Below are positions 54,411 to 64,000 of a stretch of 64,000 bases of DNA, in pieces. This stretch comes from Myxococcota bacterium (GTDB lineage Bacteria > Myxococcota_A > UBA9160 > PR03): positions 1 through 64,000 of the forward strand of contig JBFIML010000013.1 in the NCBI GenBank assembly GCA_041611735.1, given 5' to 3'. Every line of letters starts with the position of its first letter. Within the stretch, counting starts at the first letter, position 1. The notes below the pieces were generated by a model, which worked only from the letters and a program-made list of their open reading frames with translations, had not been told where the DNA came from and made no database searches. The translations under genes and the position numbers were made by a program.

Positions 54411-55673
54411 ATGAGCAAAGCTCTTCCGTCGGAGGGAAAGTTCTTTCCGCGAGGCGCCCCCCGAGGCGCGAGTACGCTGGACCGCCTGGCGGCCTTCCGG
54501 GTCACCTACGCGGCCCTCTTCGCCTTCCTGCTGCTGTACGTCTTCACCGTCAAGGGAGTCGAGCAGCTGCTGCAGGACCACTACCGCCAGGCCGTGGCCG
54601 AGGCGGTCCGCGTGGAGGACGTGGACGCTCGGGTGCTCGAACGCATGCGGACGCGTCTCGACCGGGCGGTCCGGGGCTCCGCGTGGGTACGGATCGGCGG
54701 CGTGCGGGTCACCGCCATCGTGATCGGCGCCGACGGGATCACCCCGCTCTACCTGGGGCGGGCGCTGCCGCCGCCCCCCCCACCCCCCGATCCGCTCGCG
54801 GCGGCGGCGGAGGCGGAGCGGCTGCTGCCGGCGACCGCCGACGTCAGCGTCTCGGTGCCCCACAACTCGCTACTGGCCAACGCGATTCTGGTCTCCTACG
54901 CGGCCCTGCTCGTAGTCTCGCTGTTCGCCTACAACCGACGCCTCGCGCGCCGTGAAGAGGAGCAGCTAGCGGCCGCCGTGGCAGAGCGCGAAGCCGCCGC
55001 TGCGCGAGCGGCCCGCATCGAACGCGAGCTCGCCGACGTGCAGCACCGGCTCGAGACCCAGCAGGCCACCACGGACGGCTCCGAGGAGATCCGGACCCTG
55101 CGCGCGGAGCGGGCCCGGCTCCAGGAGGAGCTCGACGCGGTCGGGCGCCGCGAGCAGGAGCTGGCAGCCCGGGCGGGACGGGCGCAGACGCTGGACGAGG
55201 AGCGCCAGGCCCTTGAGGAGCTGCTGGACGAGGCCACCCGCGACCTGACCGGCAAGGACGAAGCAATCCGCTCCCTGGAGCAGCGCCTGCGCCGCGCCAC
55301 CAAGGCCCAGCCGACCGCGCGCGCGGGCAAGGAGGAGGAGCAGCTCGAGCGGCGGCTGCGCACGCTCTACAAGAATCTGGAGATCGACGACCGGGTCGTC
55401 CGCGACCTGGTAGCGCTGCGGGACGAGACCATGAAGCTCAAGGCCGAGGAGAGCCTGAAACGTCTCTCCGACGACACCGAGACCGCCGCGGTACGCCGCA
55501 AGGTGGGAGGCTTGCCGCCGCATCTGTCGATCTTCGAGCTCGGCTTCGCCGGCAAGGGACGCATCTACTACACGCGCGGCCGCCAGCGCCGCTTCCGCGT
55601 GCTCGCCGTCGGCGCCAAGAACACCCAGAAGACCGATCTCGAGTACCTGAGTCGCCTGCCGCGCGACGGCTGA
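54411..55673 (+). CDS. Membrane-anchored coiled-coil protein with C-terminal RelE/HigB-like domain
   Basis: Two TM segments flanking an extracytoplasmic region, long heptad coiled coil, C-terminus IFELGF..GRIYY..VLAVGAKNTQKTDL. Confidence 0.75.
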   Translation: MSKALPSEGKFFPRGAPRGASTLDRLAAFRVTYAALFAFLLLYVFTVKGVEQLLQDHYRQAVAEAVRVEDVDARVLERMRTRLDRAVRGSAWVRIGGVRVTAIVIGADGITPLYLGRALPPPPPPPDPLAAAAEAERLLPATADVSVSVPHNSLLANAILVSYAALLVVSLFAYNRRLARREEEQLAAAVAEREAAAARAARIERELADVQHRLETQQATTDGSEEIRTLRAERARLQEELDAVGRREQELAARAGRAQTLDEERQALEELLDEATRDLTGKDEAIRSLEQRLRRATKAQPTARAGKEEEQLERRLRTLYKNLEIDDRVVRDLVALRDETMKLKAEESLKRLSDDTETAAVRRKVGGLPPHLSIFELGFAGKGRIYYTRGRQRRFRVLAVGAKNTQKTDLEYLSRLPRDG

Positions 55674-55680
55674 GGGCGGC

Positions 55681-56052
55681 TCAGCGCGTTTCGAGCGCCT
55701 CCCGCAGCGTGGCGCGCAGGGCGTGGGCGTCCCAGGGCTTGGCGACCAGGGCGCGGATGCCCAGGGCCCGCATGCGCTCCGGGGCCACCTCCTCCGGCCA
55801 GCCGCTCACCAGGATGCGGACCGCCTGGGGACAGCGGGCGGCCGCCTGGGCCAGGAGATCGAGGCCGCTCTGTCCCGGCATCTTGTGGTCGGAGAGGATG
55901 GCGTCCACCGTTCCCCCCTCGAGCAAGCGCAGGGCGTCGGTCCCGCTGGTCGCGGTGAGGATGCGGTAGCCCTCGCGGCGCAGCGTCCGCTCGAGGGCGT
56001 CCAGAATGCGCTCCTCGTCGTCTACGAGCAGGATCGTCGCAACCGGGGTCAA
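55681..56052 (-). CDS. Single-domain response regulator (CheY-like)
   Basis: ILLVDDE, LSDHKMPG, KPW; TTG start overlapping the kinase stop. Confidence 0.85.
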   Translation of the reverse strand: MTPVATILLVDDEERILDALERTLRREGYRILTATSGTDALRLLEGGTVDAILSDHKMPGQSGLDLLAQAAARCPQAVRILVSGWPEEVAPERMRALGIRALVAKPWDAHALRATLREALETR

Positions 56053-57347
56053 GGCCCCGGGTCCGGGGGCGGCCCGCCCTCGCAGGGAAGCCGGACCTCG
56101 AAGGTGCAGCCGCCGCCCGGCCGGCCTTCGGCACGCAGGGTGCCTCCATGCCGGCGCACCACGTCGTAGGCCGCCGAGAGGCCGAGGCCGGGCCCCTCGC
56201 CCGCCGGGCGGGTGGTGAAGAAGGGCTCGAAGACCCGTTCCCCCGGTCCGGGCGGCAGCCCGATCCCGTCGTCGCTCACTGCGACGCGCACGCCTTCGGG
56301 CACGGGCTCCGTGCGCAGGACGATCTCTCCCTGGCCCGCCTCCGTGCGCAGGCGTTCCTGGATGGCCTGGTGGGCATTCACCAGCAGGTTCATGAACACC
56401 TGTTGGAGCTGGGTGGGGCGACAGCGCACCAGGGGCAGCTCCCCGTACTCCTTGCGCAGCACCACCGTGTGCTTGAGGGTCGGCCACACGATGCGGGCCG
56501 TGGCGTCCAGGACCCGATTCAGGTCGGCGGGCACCGGCTCACCCTCGTGCGGGTCGGCGAAGACGCGCAGGTCCTGGACGATGTGGCGGATCCGCTCGGC
56601 GCCCTCCAGGGATTCGCGTACCGCCTTGGCGGCGTCGCCCAGCAGGAAGTCCGCATCGACCTGGCGGGCCAGGGCGTCCAGGCGGCCCCGGGCATCCCGC
56701 AGCCTCGCGTCGACGCTGGCGCCGGCCGCCTGGCGGAGCTCCGCCACCGCCTCCCACAGCCGACGCAGGTCCGCCAGGTACTCCTCGAGCTGGAAGAGGT
56801 TGGCGTGGATGAAGCCCATCGGGTTGTTGATCTCGTGGGCAACGCCCGCCGCGAGCCGGCCGATGGACGCCATCTTCTCCGCGTGGAGCACCTGGCGCTG
56901 CAGACGTCGGATCCCGGAGAGGTCCTGGAAGGTGGCGACGGCCCCGAGCGGCGAGCCGTCCGCTTCGAGCAGCGGCCCGGAGCTCACTCCGATGGGGACG
57001 CGCTGGCCGTCGCGGCGGGTGAGCGTCAGCTCGGCGCCGCACACGCGGGCTCCCTCGCGCAGGCTGCGGGCGAAGGGGAGCTCGTCGCGTGGCGTGTCCG
57101 GAAACCAGTCCCACACCACGCGGCCCGGCAGCCCCTCGACGGCCTCGCCGAGGATGGCCGCGGCCGGCGGGTTGGCCCCGCTCACCTGACCGCCCGTGTC
57201 CACCACGAGGAGCGCGGTGTTCAGGTTGCGCAGGATGGCCTCGGCGTGCCTTCCCAGGGTCCCTGCGTTGCGGGCCGGGGAGGCCCCCGCGACCCCGGCG
57301 GCGGGGCGTGCAGCGACGCGGCGCGCGGGGCTGGACGGCTCGCTCAT
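56049..57347 (-). CDS. Cytoplasmic PAS sensor histidine kinase
   Basis: [42 protein letters not shown]. Confidence 0.9.
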   Translation of the reverse strand: MSEPSSPARRVAARPAAGVAGASPARNAGTLGRHAEAILRNLNTALLVVDTGGQVSGANPPAAAILGEAVEGLPGRVVWDWFPDTPRDELPFARSLREGARVCGAELTLTRRDGQRVPIGVSSGPLLEADGSPLGAVATFQDLSGIRRLQRQVLHAEKMASIGRLAAGVAHEINNPMGFIHANLFQLEEYLADLRRLWEAVAELRQAAGASVDARLRDARGRLDALARQVDADFLLGDAAKAVRESLEGAERIRHIVQDLRVFADPHEGEPVPADLNRVLDATARIVWPTLKHTVVLRKEYGELPLVRCRPTQLQQVFMNLLVNAHQAIQERLRTEAGQGEIVLRTEPVPEGVRVAVSDDGIGLPPGPGERVFEPFFTTRPAGEGPGLGLSAAYDVVRRHGGTLRAEGRPGGGCTFEVRLPCEGGPPPDPGP

Positions 57348-57389
57348 GGCGTGCTTCCGGCTCGGACGTGGTGGGGGGAACAGCGCAGG

Positions 57390-58829
57390 CTACCCGATGG
57401 ACCCGTCGCGACCAACCCCTCCCCGCGGCGCGGGGATGCCGTGGCGCCCGAGCTTGCGGTAGAAGGTGCTGCGTCCGATCCCGAGCCGGCGCGCGGCCTG
57501 CGTGGCGTTCTGGCCGCTCTCGCGCAGGGCCCGCTCCAGGACGCTGCGCTCGTAGGCCTCCAGGGAGAGCGGCAGCGCCGCGGCGGCTCCGTCCCGACGC
57601 GGGGAGGCGCGGCGGGCCAGGGGAAGGGCCGCCGCACGCAGCCGCGGGCCGCGCGCCAGGGCCAGGGCCGACTCGAGCACGTTCTCGAGCTCTCGCACGT
57701 TCCCCGGCCAGTCGTGCTCCACGAGCAGGGCGAGGGCGTCGTCGTCGATCCCCTCCACGGGCGAACCCGCGCGCCGGTGGCGAGCCAGAAAATGGTGCAC
57801 GAGCAAGGGGATGTCCTCTCTTCGTTCACGCAGAGTCGGAAGCTCCAGGCGCACCACGTTGAGGCGGTAGAAGAGGTCCATGCGGAAGGCCCCGTCCTCC
57901 ACCATGGCGGCCAGGTCGCGGTGAGTGGCCGAGACCACGCGGAGGTCCACGGGGACGGGCTCGGCCGCCCCGACCGGGCGCACCTCCTTGTGCTGGAGCG
58001 CCCGGAGGAGCTTGGCCTGGACCGCCACCGGGATCTCGCCCACCTCGTCCAGGAACAGCGTGCCGCCCTCCGCCATGCGGAACAGCCCCGGGGCCCCGAC
58101 GGCGCCGGTGAAGGCACCGCGCTGGTTCCCGAACAGCTCGCTCTCGATGATCGACTCGGGCAGCGCGCCGCAATCGACGGGCACGAAGGGCCCTCCGGCG
58201 CGCCGGCTCGTGGCGTGGATGGCCCGCGCCACCAGCTCCTTGCCCGTACCGCTCTCGCCGAGGACGAGCACCTGGCTCTCGTTGTGACGCAGGCTCCCGA
58301 TCATCCGCACCAGGGCGCGCATGCGGGGAGAGGTCCCGACCAGCTCCGGCAGCGTGGCACGCCCGCGGAGTTCCTCCTCGAGCTCCCGGTTGCGACTCAC
58401 CAGCCGCCGGCGTTCCAGGGCCTTGCGCACCGTGGTACGCACGCGGTGCACGTCCTCGAAGGGCTTGGCCAGATAGTCGAAGGCGCCGCGCCGCATGCAG
58501 CCGACTGCGCTCTCGACGCTCGCATGCCCGGTCATCACGATCACCTCGAGCTCGGAGTGCTCGCGCTTCAGGCGATCGAGCCACTCGAGGCCGCTGGCGG
58601 AGCCCAGGAACAGGTCGAGGAGCACCACGTCGGGAGGCGCTTCCGCCAGCGCCTGCTCCAGCTCCCGGGGACCCGCGGCCTGCAGGACCCGGTGGCCATC
58701 GGCCCCCAGGATCCGGGAGAGGGCACGCAGCAGGAGCGGCTCGTCGTCCACCACGAGGACGAGGCCCGGGGCCTCCTCGGCCCGCACGCCCCGGCCGTGC
58801 GCCGACGGCAGCGCGCACTCGGTCGTCAT
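57390..58829 (-). CDS. Sigma54-dependent response regulator (NtrC family)
   Basis: REC, GESGTGKE, GAFTGA, WPGNVREL, Fis HTH; start uncertain. Confidence 0.9.
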   Translation of the reverse strand: MTTECALPSAHGRGVRAEEAPGLVLVVDDEPLLLRALSRILGADGHRVLQAAGPRELEQALAEAPPDVVLLDLFLGSASGLEWLDRLKREHSELEVIVMTGHASVESAVGCMRRGAFDYLAKPFEDVHRVRTTVRKALERRRLVSRNRELEEELRGRATLPELVGTSPRMRALVRMIGSLRHNESQVLVLGESGTGKELVARAIHATSRRAGGPFVPVDCGALPESIIESELFGNQRGAFTGAVGAPGLFRMAEGGTLFLDEVGEIPVAVQAKLLRALQHKEVRPVGAAEPVPVDLRVVSATHRDLAAMVEDGAFRMDLFYRLNVVRLELPTLRERREDIPLLVHHFLARHRRAGSPVEGIDDDALALLVEHDWPGNVRELENVLESALALARGPRLRAAALPLARRASPRRDGAAAALPLSLEAYERSVLERALRESGQNATQAARRLGIGRSTFYRKLGRHGIPAPRGGVGRDGSIG

Positions 58830-58836
58830 GCCCGGC

Positions 58837-58864
58837 CTATCGGTCCCGCTTTCGGGACGCTTGA
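58837..58864 (-). promoter_or_regulatory. Sigma28-like promoter for the EBP-kinase-RR operon
   Basis: Minus strand TCAAG-N15-ACCGATAG. Confidence 0.65.
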
Positions 58865-58873
58865 GGCCCGGGG

Positions 58874-58902
58874 TTGAAGCGCGCTCGCCCGCTGCGTACA
58901 CT
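58874..58902 (+). promoter_or_regulatory. Sigma70 promoter candidate for the EBP at 58940
   Basis: TTGAAG-N17-TACACT. Confidence 0.55.
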
Positions 58903-58939
58903 TGGGTTGCCCCCCCTCCGTAGTCGCGGAGGTATCCCG

Positions 58940-60334
<1,395 letters not shown>

Positions 60335-60593
60335 GCTTCGGCCCGCCAGGCGCCCGGGCGACGATTTCGTAACCCCCGCCGGCGGCGGTCGTCGGATTCC
60401 TGACGCTTTCGCCGGCGGCTGATTGGGCCCGCCGCCCCGGGCGGCACTCGACCTGCGCAAGAGCCTGCACTCCGGCCACGCCGCCCGGAAGCGGGAAAGC
60501 GGAACCGGCACCCGGGGTTGCGCCGCTGGGGAGGCGCCGGCCGCCGTCCGCCTGCGCGCTCCCGGACCGCGCGGCCCGTTTCGAACCCGAACT

Positions 60594-60609
60594 TGGCACG
60601 CGCCGTGCT
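60594..60609 (+). promoter_or_regulatory. Sigma54 promoter candidate for fliA
   Basis: TGGCACGCGCCGTGCT (GG-N10-GC). Confidence 0.65.
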
Positions 60610-60700
60610 TTGCTGCGCAGCCTGCGCGCAACCCGGTGCGCTCGGGAGCGGCACGAAGCTGCGGATGCGTCGCTCGTCAACCGTCCAGGAGGAGGACTGC

Positions 60701-61465
60701 ATGGAGCAGATGCTCCGCGATGCCAAGGAGAGATACTCGGAGATTCCCGCGTCGCTCAAGGAGCAGATCGTGCTCGAGCACGCCCCCCTGATCCGCTACA
60801 TCGTGAACCGCATTGCCGTCCGTCTGCCTTCCCACATCGATCTCGACGACCTGCACAACACCGGCGTGATCGGCCTGATGGACGCGATCGAGAAGTACGA
60901 TCCGGAGAAGAACTGCAAGTTCAAGACCTACGCCGAGTTCCGCATCAAGGGAGCGATCCTCGACCAGCTGCGCTCGCTGGACTGGGTGCCGCGCAGCGTG
61001 CGCCAGAAGGGTCGCCGGCTGGAGCGGGCCTACGGCGAGGTGGAGCAGCGCCTCGGGCGCTCGGCCACGGAGGAGGAGGTGGCCGACTCCCTGGGGCTGC
61101 AGATCGAGAAGTTCCACGAGCTGCTCAACCAGGTCCGCGGCGTCTCCCTGGTGAACCTGGAGGAGCTGCGGGGCACCGGGCCCGACGGAGAGCGCACCGG
61201 CGGCTACGCGGACATCGTGGAGGACGTGCACTCCGAGAACCCGTTCTCCGCCCTCAAGCTCTCCGAGACCAAGCGCCTGATCGGCGACACGATCGCGAGC
61301 CTGCCCGAGAAGGAGCGGCTGGTGATCTCCTTCTACTACCACGAGGACCTGAACATGAAGGAGATCGGGTCGATCCTGGGCATCACGGAGTCGCGCGTGT
61401 GCCAGATCCACACGAAGGCGGTGCTGCGGCTGCGTGCCAAGCTGAAGGCCCTGCTGGAGCGGTAG
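60701..61465 (+). CDS. fliA: FliA/WhiG-family RNA polymerase sigma factor (sigma28)
   Basis: RLPSHIDLDDL, KFKTYAEFRIKGAILDQLRSLDWVPRSVR, LNMKEIG.ILGITESRVCQIH; strong RBS. Confidence 0.95.
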   Translation: MEQMLRDAKERYSEIPASLKEQIVLEHAPLIRYIVNRIAVRLPSHIDLDDLHNTGVIGLMDAIEKYDPEKNCKFKTYAEFRIKGAILDQLRSLDWVPRSVRQKGRRLERAYGEVEQRLGRSATEEEVADSLGLQIEKFHELLNQVRGVSLVNLEELRGTGPDGERTGGYADIVEDVHSENPFSALKLSETKRLIGDTIASLPEKERLVISFYYHEDLNMKEIGSILGITESRVCQIHTKAVLRLRAKLKALLER

Positions 61466-61470
61466 CAAGC

Positions 61471-61590
61471 GCAGCCCGCAAGCGGAGCGCGCAGCCGCAA
61501 GCGGAGCGCGCAGCGAGCCGCAGGCGAGCGAAGTCCAACCAGCCGCAGGCGAGCGAAGTCCACCCAGCCCGCAGCCGAGCGGAGTCCCCA
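61471..61590. repeat. Degenerate tandem REP-like repeats between convergent genes
   Basis: Two GCAGCC(C)GCAAGCGGAGCGC units, two AGCCGCAGGCGAGCGAAGTCCA units and one degenerate unit. Confidence 0.65.
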
Positions 61591-61658
61591 GGCCGGGAGC
61601 CCCGCGCCCCGCGCGGCCTGCCTGGCAGGCTGCCGAAAAACCCCGGCGTTTCGCCGGA

Positions 61659-62390
61659 TCAGTCCGTCTTCTCGCAGCGCACCAGGACGACCGTGATGTT
61701 GTCCTCGCCGCCGCGCTCGTTGGCGAGGGCGATCAGTCCGTCCGCGGCCGTCTGGAGATCCCCCTCCCCGGCCAGCGCCGCGGCGATCTCCTCGTCGCGC
61801 ACGTGGTTGGTGAGGCCGTCGGAGCAGAGCACGAAGACGTCGTCGGGAGCCAGGGTGAGCTCCGCCAGGTCCGGCTCCGCGTTGGGCCGCACGCCGAGGG
61901 CCCGGGTGAGCACGTGGCGGTGCGGGTGCTCCCGGGCTGCATCCGGGCTGATCTCGCGGCGGCGCACCAGCTCCGCCACGATGGAGTGATCGTCCGTGAG
62001 CTGCCGCAGCCGCCCCCCACGCTGCAGGTAGGCCCGGCTGTCCCCCACGTGGGCCAGCGCCGCCCGCCCCTCGTCCAGCAGCAGGGCCACGAGCGTGGTT
62101 CCCATGCCGGCGAGCTCCGCGTGGTCGTGGGCGGTCTGGAAGATCTGGCGGTTGGCGGCGGCCACGGCGTAGCGGAGCTTCTCGGCGAGGCTCGCGGAGG
62201 CACCCGCCAGGGTGCTCACGGCCCGCAGGGCCTCCTCCGCGGCCAGCCGGCTGGCCAGCTGGCCGGCCGTGTGGCCTCCCATGCCGTCGGCCACCAGGAA
62301 CAGGCCGAACTCGGGGGCCAGGGCGTAGCGGTCCTCGTTGGTGGAGCGCCGCCGCCCGACGTCTGATCCGGCCGTCGCCCGCAGGATCAA
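61659..62390 (-). CDS. PP2C-type (Stp1/PrpC) Ser/Thr protein phosphatase
   Basis: SDVGRRR..NED, VADGMGG, MGTT, HVGDSRAY, LCSDGL, GGEDNIT. Confidence 0.93.
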   Translation of the reverse strand: MILRATAGSDVGRRRSTNEDRYALAPEFGLFLVADGMGGHTAGQLASRLAAEEALRAVSTLAGASASLAEKLRYAVAAANRQIFQTAHDHAELAGMGTTLVALLLDEGRAALAHVGDSRAYLQRGGRLRQLTDDHSIVAELVRRREISPDAAREHPHRHVLTRALGVRPNAEPDLAELTLAPDDVFVLCSDGLTNHVRDEEIAAALAGEGDLQTAADGLIALANERGGEDNITVVLVRCEKTD

Positions 62391-62462
62391 CGAAAAGCCC
62401 CCTCTCGCGCTCCGCAGGCCGGGCACGCAAGCCCCCGCCTCCCGGCCCGGACCGCCACGGTT

Positions 62463-62490
62463 TCATCGGAGTCTCCAGCCCGCCACTTGA
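62463..62490 (-). promoter_or_regulatory. Sigma28-like promoter for the PP2C gene
   Basis: Minus strand TCAAG-N15-TCCGATGA. Confidence 0.55.
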
Positions 62491-62572
62491 CGGACGGGCC
62501 TCGAGGCGCTGCCGTTGCGGGGAGCCCACCCCGGGGGTCGCTCCACCGCGGCGCCGGGCGGCGAAAAAGCAT

Positions 62573-62600
62573 TCAATTCCCGGGGCCGCGCCGTCGATAA
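62573..62600 (+). promoter_or_regulatory. Sigma28-like promoter for romR
   Basis: TCAAT-N15-GTCGATAA. Confidence 0.6.
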
Positions 62601-62660
62601 TAGGCGCGGAGGGCGTCGATCGGCGAGCGCCCTGGCCGTTCGGCATCGGGTGGGGGAATC

Positions 62661-64000
62661 ATGCCCAGAACGCTGCTCCTCGCTGACGACAGCGTGACGA
62701 TCCAGAAGGTCGTCGGAATCAGCTTCGCCAACGAAGACGTGGTCCTGCTCACCGTCGACAACGGCGACGATGCGATCCGCCGCGCACGGGAGACCCGTCC
62801 GGACGTGGTCCTGGCCGACGTGGTGATGCCCGGCAAGAGCGGCTATGAGGTCTGCGAGGCGATCAAGCGGGACCCGCAGCTCGCTCACGTGCCGGTGCTA
62901 TTGCTGACGGGCACCTTCGAGCCCTTCGACGAGGAGCGGGCGAGCCGGGCCGGGGCCGACGGGCACATCACCAAGCCCTTCGAGGCCCAGGCGCTGGTGG
63001 ATCAGGTGAACGCCCTGTTCGCGAAGAGCGCCGCGGCGGCCTCGGCGCCCGCCGGGCGCCCGCAGCCCGTGGGGCCCCCCGGCGCATCCCAGGCCTACGA
63101 TTTCTTCGAGGACGACCTGTCGCCGTCCATGCCGACCGCCGGCGAGGCCGCTGCGCCTCCCCCCCTACCGCCGGAGGCCGCGCTGGAGCTCGACGAGGAC
63201 CCGGAGCCCCTGGAGCTCGAGGCTGCGGTGGAGGACGACCTGGCAGGCGGACCGATCTCCGAAGCCCGCTCGGTGCCCCCCCCGCCCCCCCCGGCCGCGG
63301 ACTGGCAGCCCGGTCCCGGCGAGACGGACTTCACCACCTGGGGGATGGAGCCGCCTCTCGAGGCCGCGCCTGGCTCCCGGGAGCGCGTGCCCGCGCCGCC
63401 GCCGACTCCGGTCGAGACGCCGCGGAGCGGGCCGGAGTCGAACTCCTGGGGTGACGTGACCGGCGGAGGACCGTTCAGCCTCGATTTCATGCAGCCCGAG
63501 CAGACCTCGGATCGCGGCGCCGAAGATCCCCTGGCCCAGCTCGGGTCCGAGGAGCTCGGAGCGGAGGCGGTGCTGGACCCGGAGGCGGCCCGCGCCCACG
63601 AAGTCTCCTCTTCCGACCTGGGCGCCACCCCGTCGGATTACGACACGCCCACCGCCCGGCCCTACGGCGTCCGGACCCCCGCGCGGCCCCCCGCCCCGGC
63701 TCCTGCCCAGCCCGCCGAAGGCCGGCCGACGCCAGAGCCTTCCTTCGCCGACGTGCCCCTCGCGGAACCGGCACCCTTCGGTCCGCCGGCCTCGCGCCGC
63801 GCGGACGAGGCAGCGATCCCGGAGTCGGAGACGGCCATGACGGAGCTCGAGCCCGTCGCGGAGCTCGAGGAGACCGGGCATGGGGCGCTCGCGCCGGAGC
63901 CCTCCATCGTGGCGGATCCCGAGCGCGCAGCTCCGGTCCACGCGCCCGGCGCGCCGACGCCCCCCGGCGAGCTTCGCCAGCGGATGCACGAGAGCATCGA
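62661..64000 (+). CDS. romR: RomR-like polarity response regulator (partial, runs off the window end)
   Basis: Manual translation MPRTLLLADDSVTIQKVVGISFANED..VDNG..RPDVVLADVVMPGKSGYEVCEAIK..LLTGTFEPFDE..DGHITKPFE matches the Myxococcus RomR receiver as recalled; long Pro/Glu-rich linker follows. Confidence 0.8.
   Translation, partial: MPRTLLLADDSVTIQKVVGISFANEDVVLLTVDNGDDAIRRARETRPDVVLADVVMPGKSGYEVCEAIKRDPQLAHVPVLLLTGTFEPFDEERASRAGADGHITKPFEAQALVDQVNALFAKSAAAASAPAGRPQPVGPPGASQAYDFFEDDLSPSMPTAGEAAAPPPLPPEAALELDEDPEPLELEAAVEDDLAGGPISEARSVPPPPPPAADWQPGPGETDFTTWGMEPPLEAAPGSRERVPAPPPTPVETPRSGPESNSWGDVTGGGPFSLDFMQPEQTSDRGAEDPLAQLGSEELGAEAVLDPEAARAHEVSSSDLGATPSDYDTPTARPYGVRTPARPPAPAPAQPAEGRPTPEPSFADVPLAEPAPFGPPASRRADEAAIPESETAMTELEPVAELEETGHGALAPEPSIVADPERAAPVHAPGAPTPPGELRQRMHESI

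Noticed and set aside
61471-61590. CRISPR array
   Set aside because: Repeats are short, degenerate and lack unique spacers; no cas genes

Overview
This is a very GC-rich chromosomal segment of a deltaproteobacterial, Myxococcota-like organism (inferred from the RomR-like regulator and the pilB-T-C-S-R gene order). The left half (1-31.2 kb, mostly minus strand) is a type IVa pilus locus: pilB-pilT-pilC-pilS-pilR, a second sensor kinase, two tandem minor-pilin/PilY1 cassettes, a divergent sigma54 activator, an HTH gene, pilMNOPQ and aroK. Each cassette ends in a small secreted protein plus an Ig-repeat lipoprotein. No major pilin (pilA) or pilD is visible. The middle holds housekeeping and envelope genes (ribF, an LptF/G permease, nfeD-slipin-hflK-hflC, coaBC, PGM/PMM, coaD, rsmD, dacB, spmAB fusion, a nucleotidyltransferase, anmK), a probable 6S RNA, and a glycosyl-/methyltransferase cluster resembling mycobacterial ManT/MeT1. 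The right end holds a membrane-anchored coiled-coil protein with a RelE/HigB-like C-terminus, two-component genes, a FliA-family sigma factor, a PP2C phosphatase and romR. Main observation: a sigma28-type promoter motif (TCAAG-N15-GCCGATA-like) recurs with identical spacing at eight sites upstream of the pilus operons, romR and regulators. The fliA gene has a sigma54 promoter and no flagellar gene lies in the window, suggesting a flagellar-style sigma cascade wired to type IV pilus motility. Family assignments come from motif recognition by eye, not database searches.
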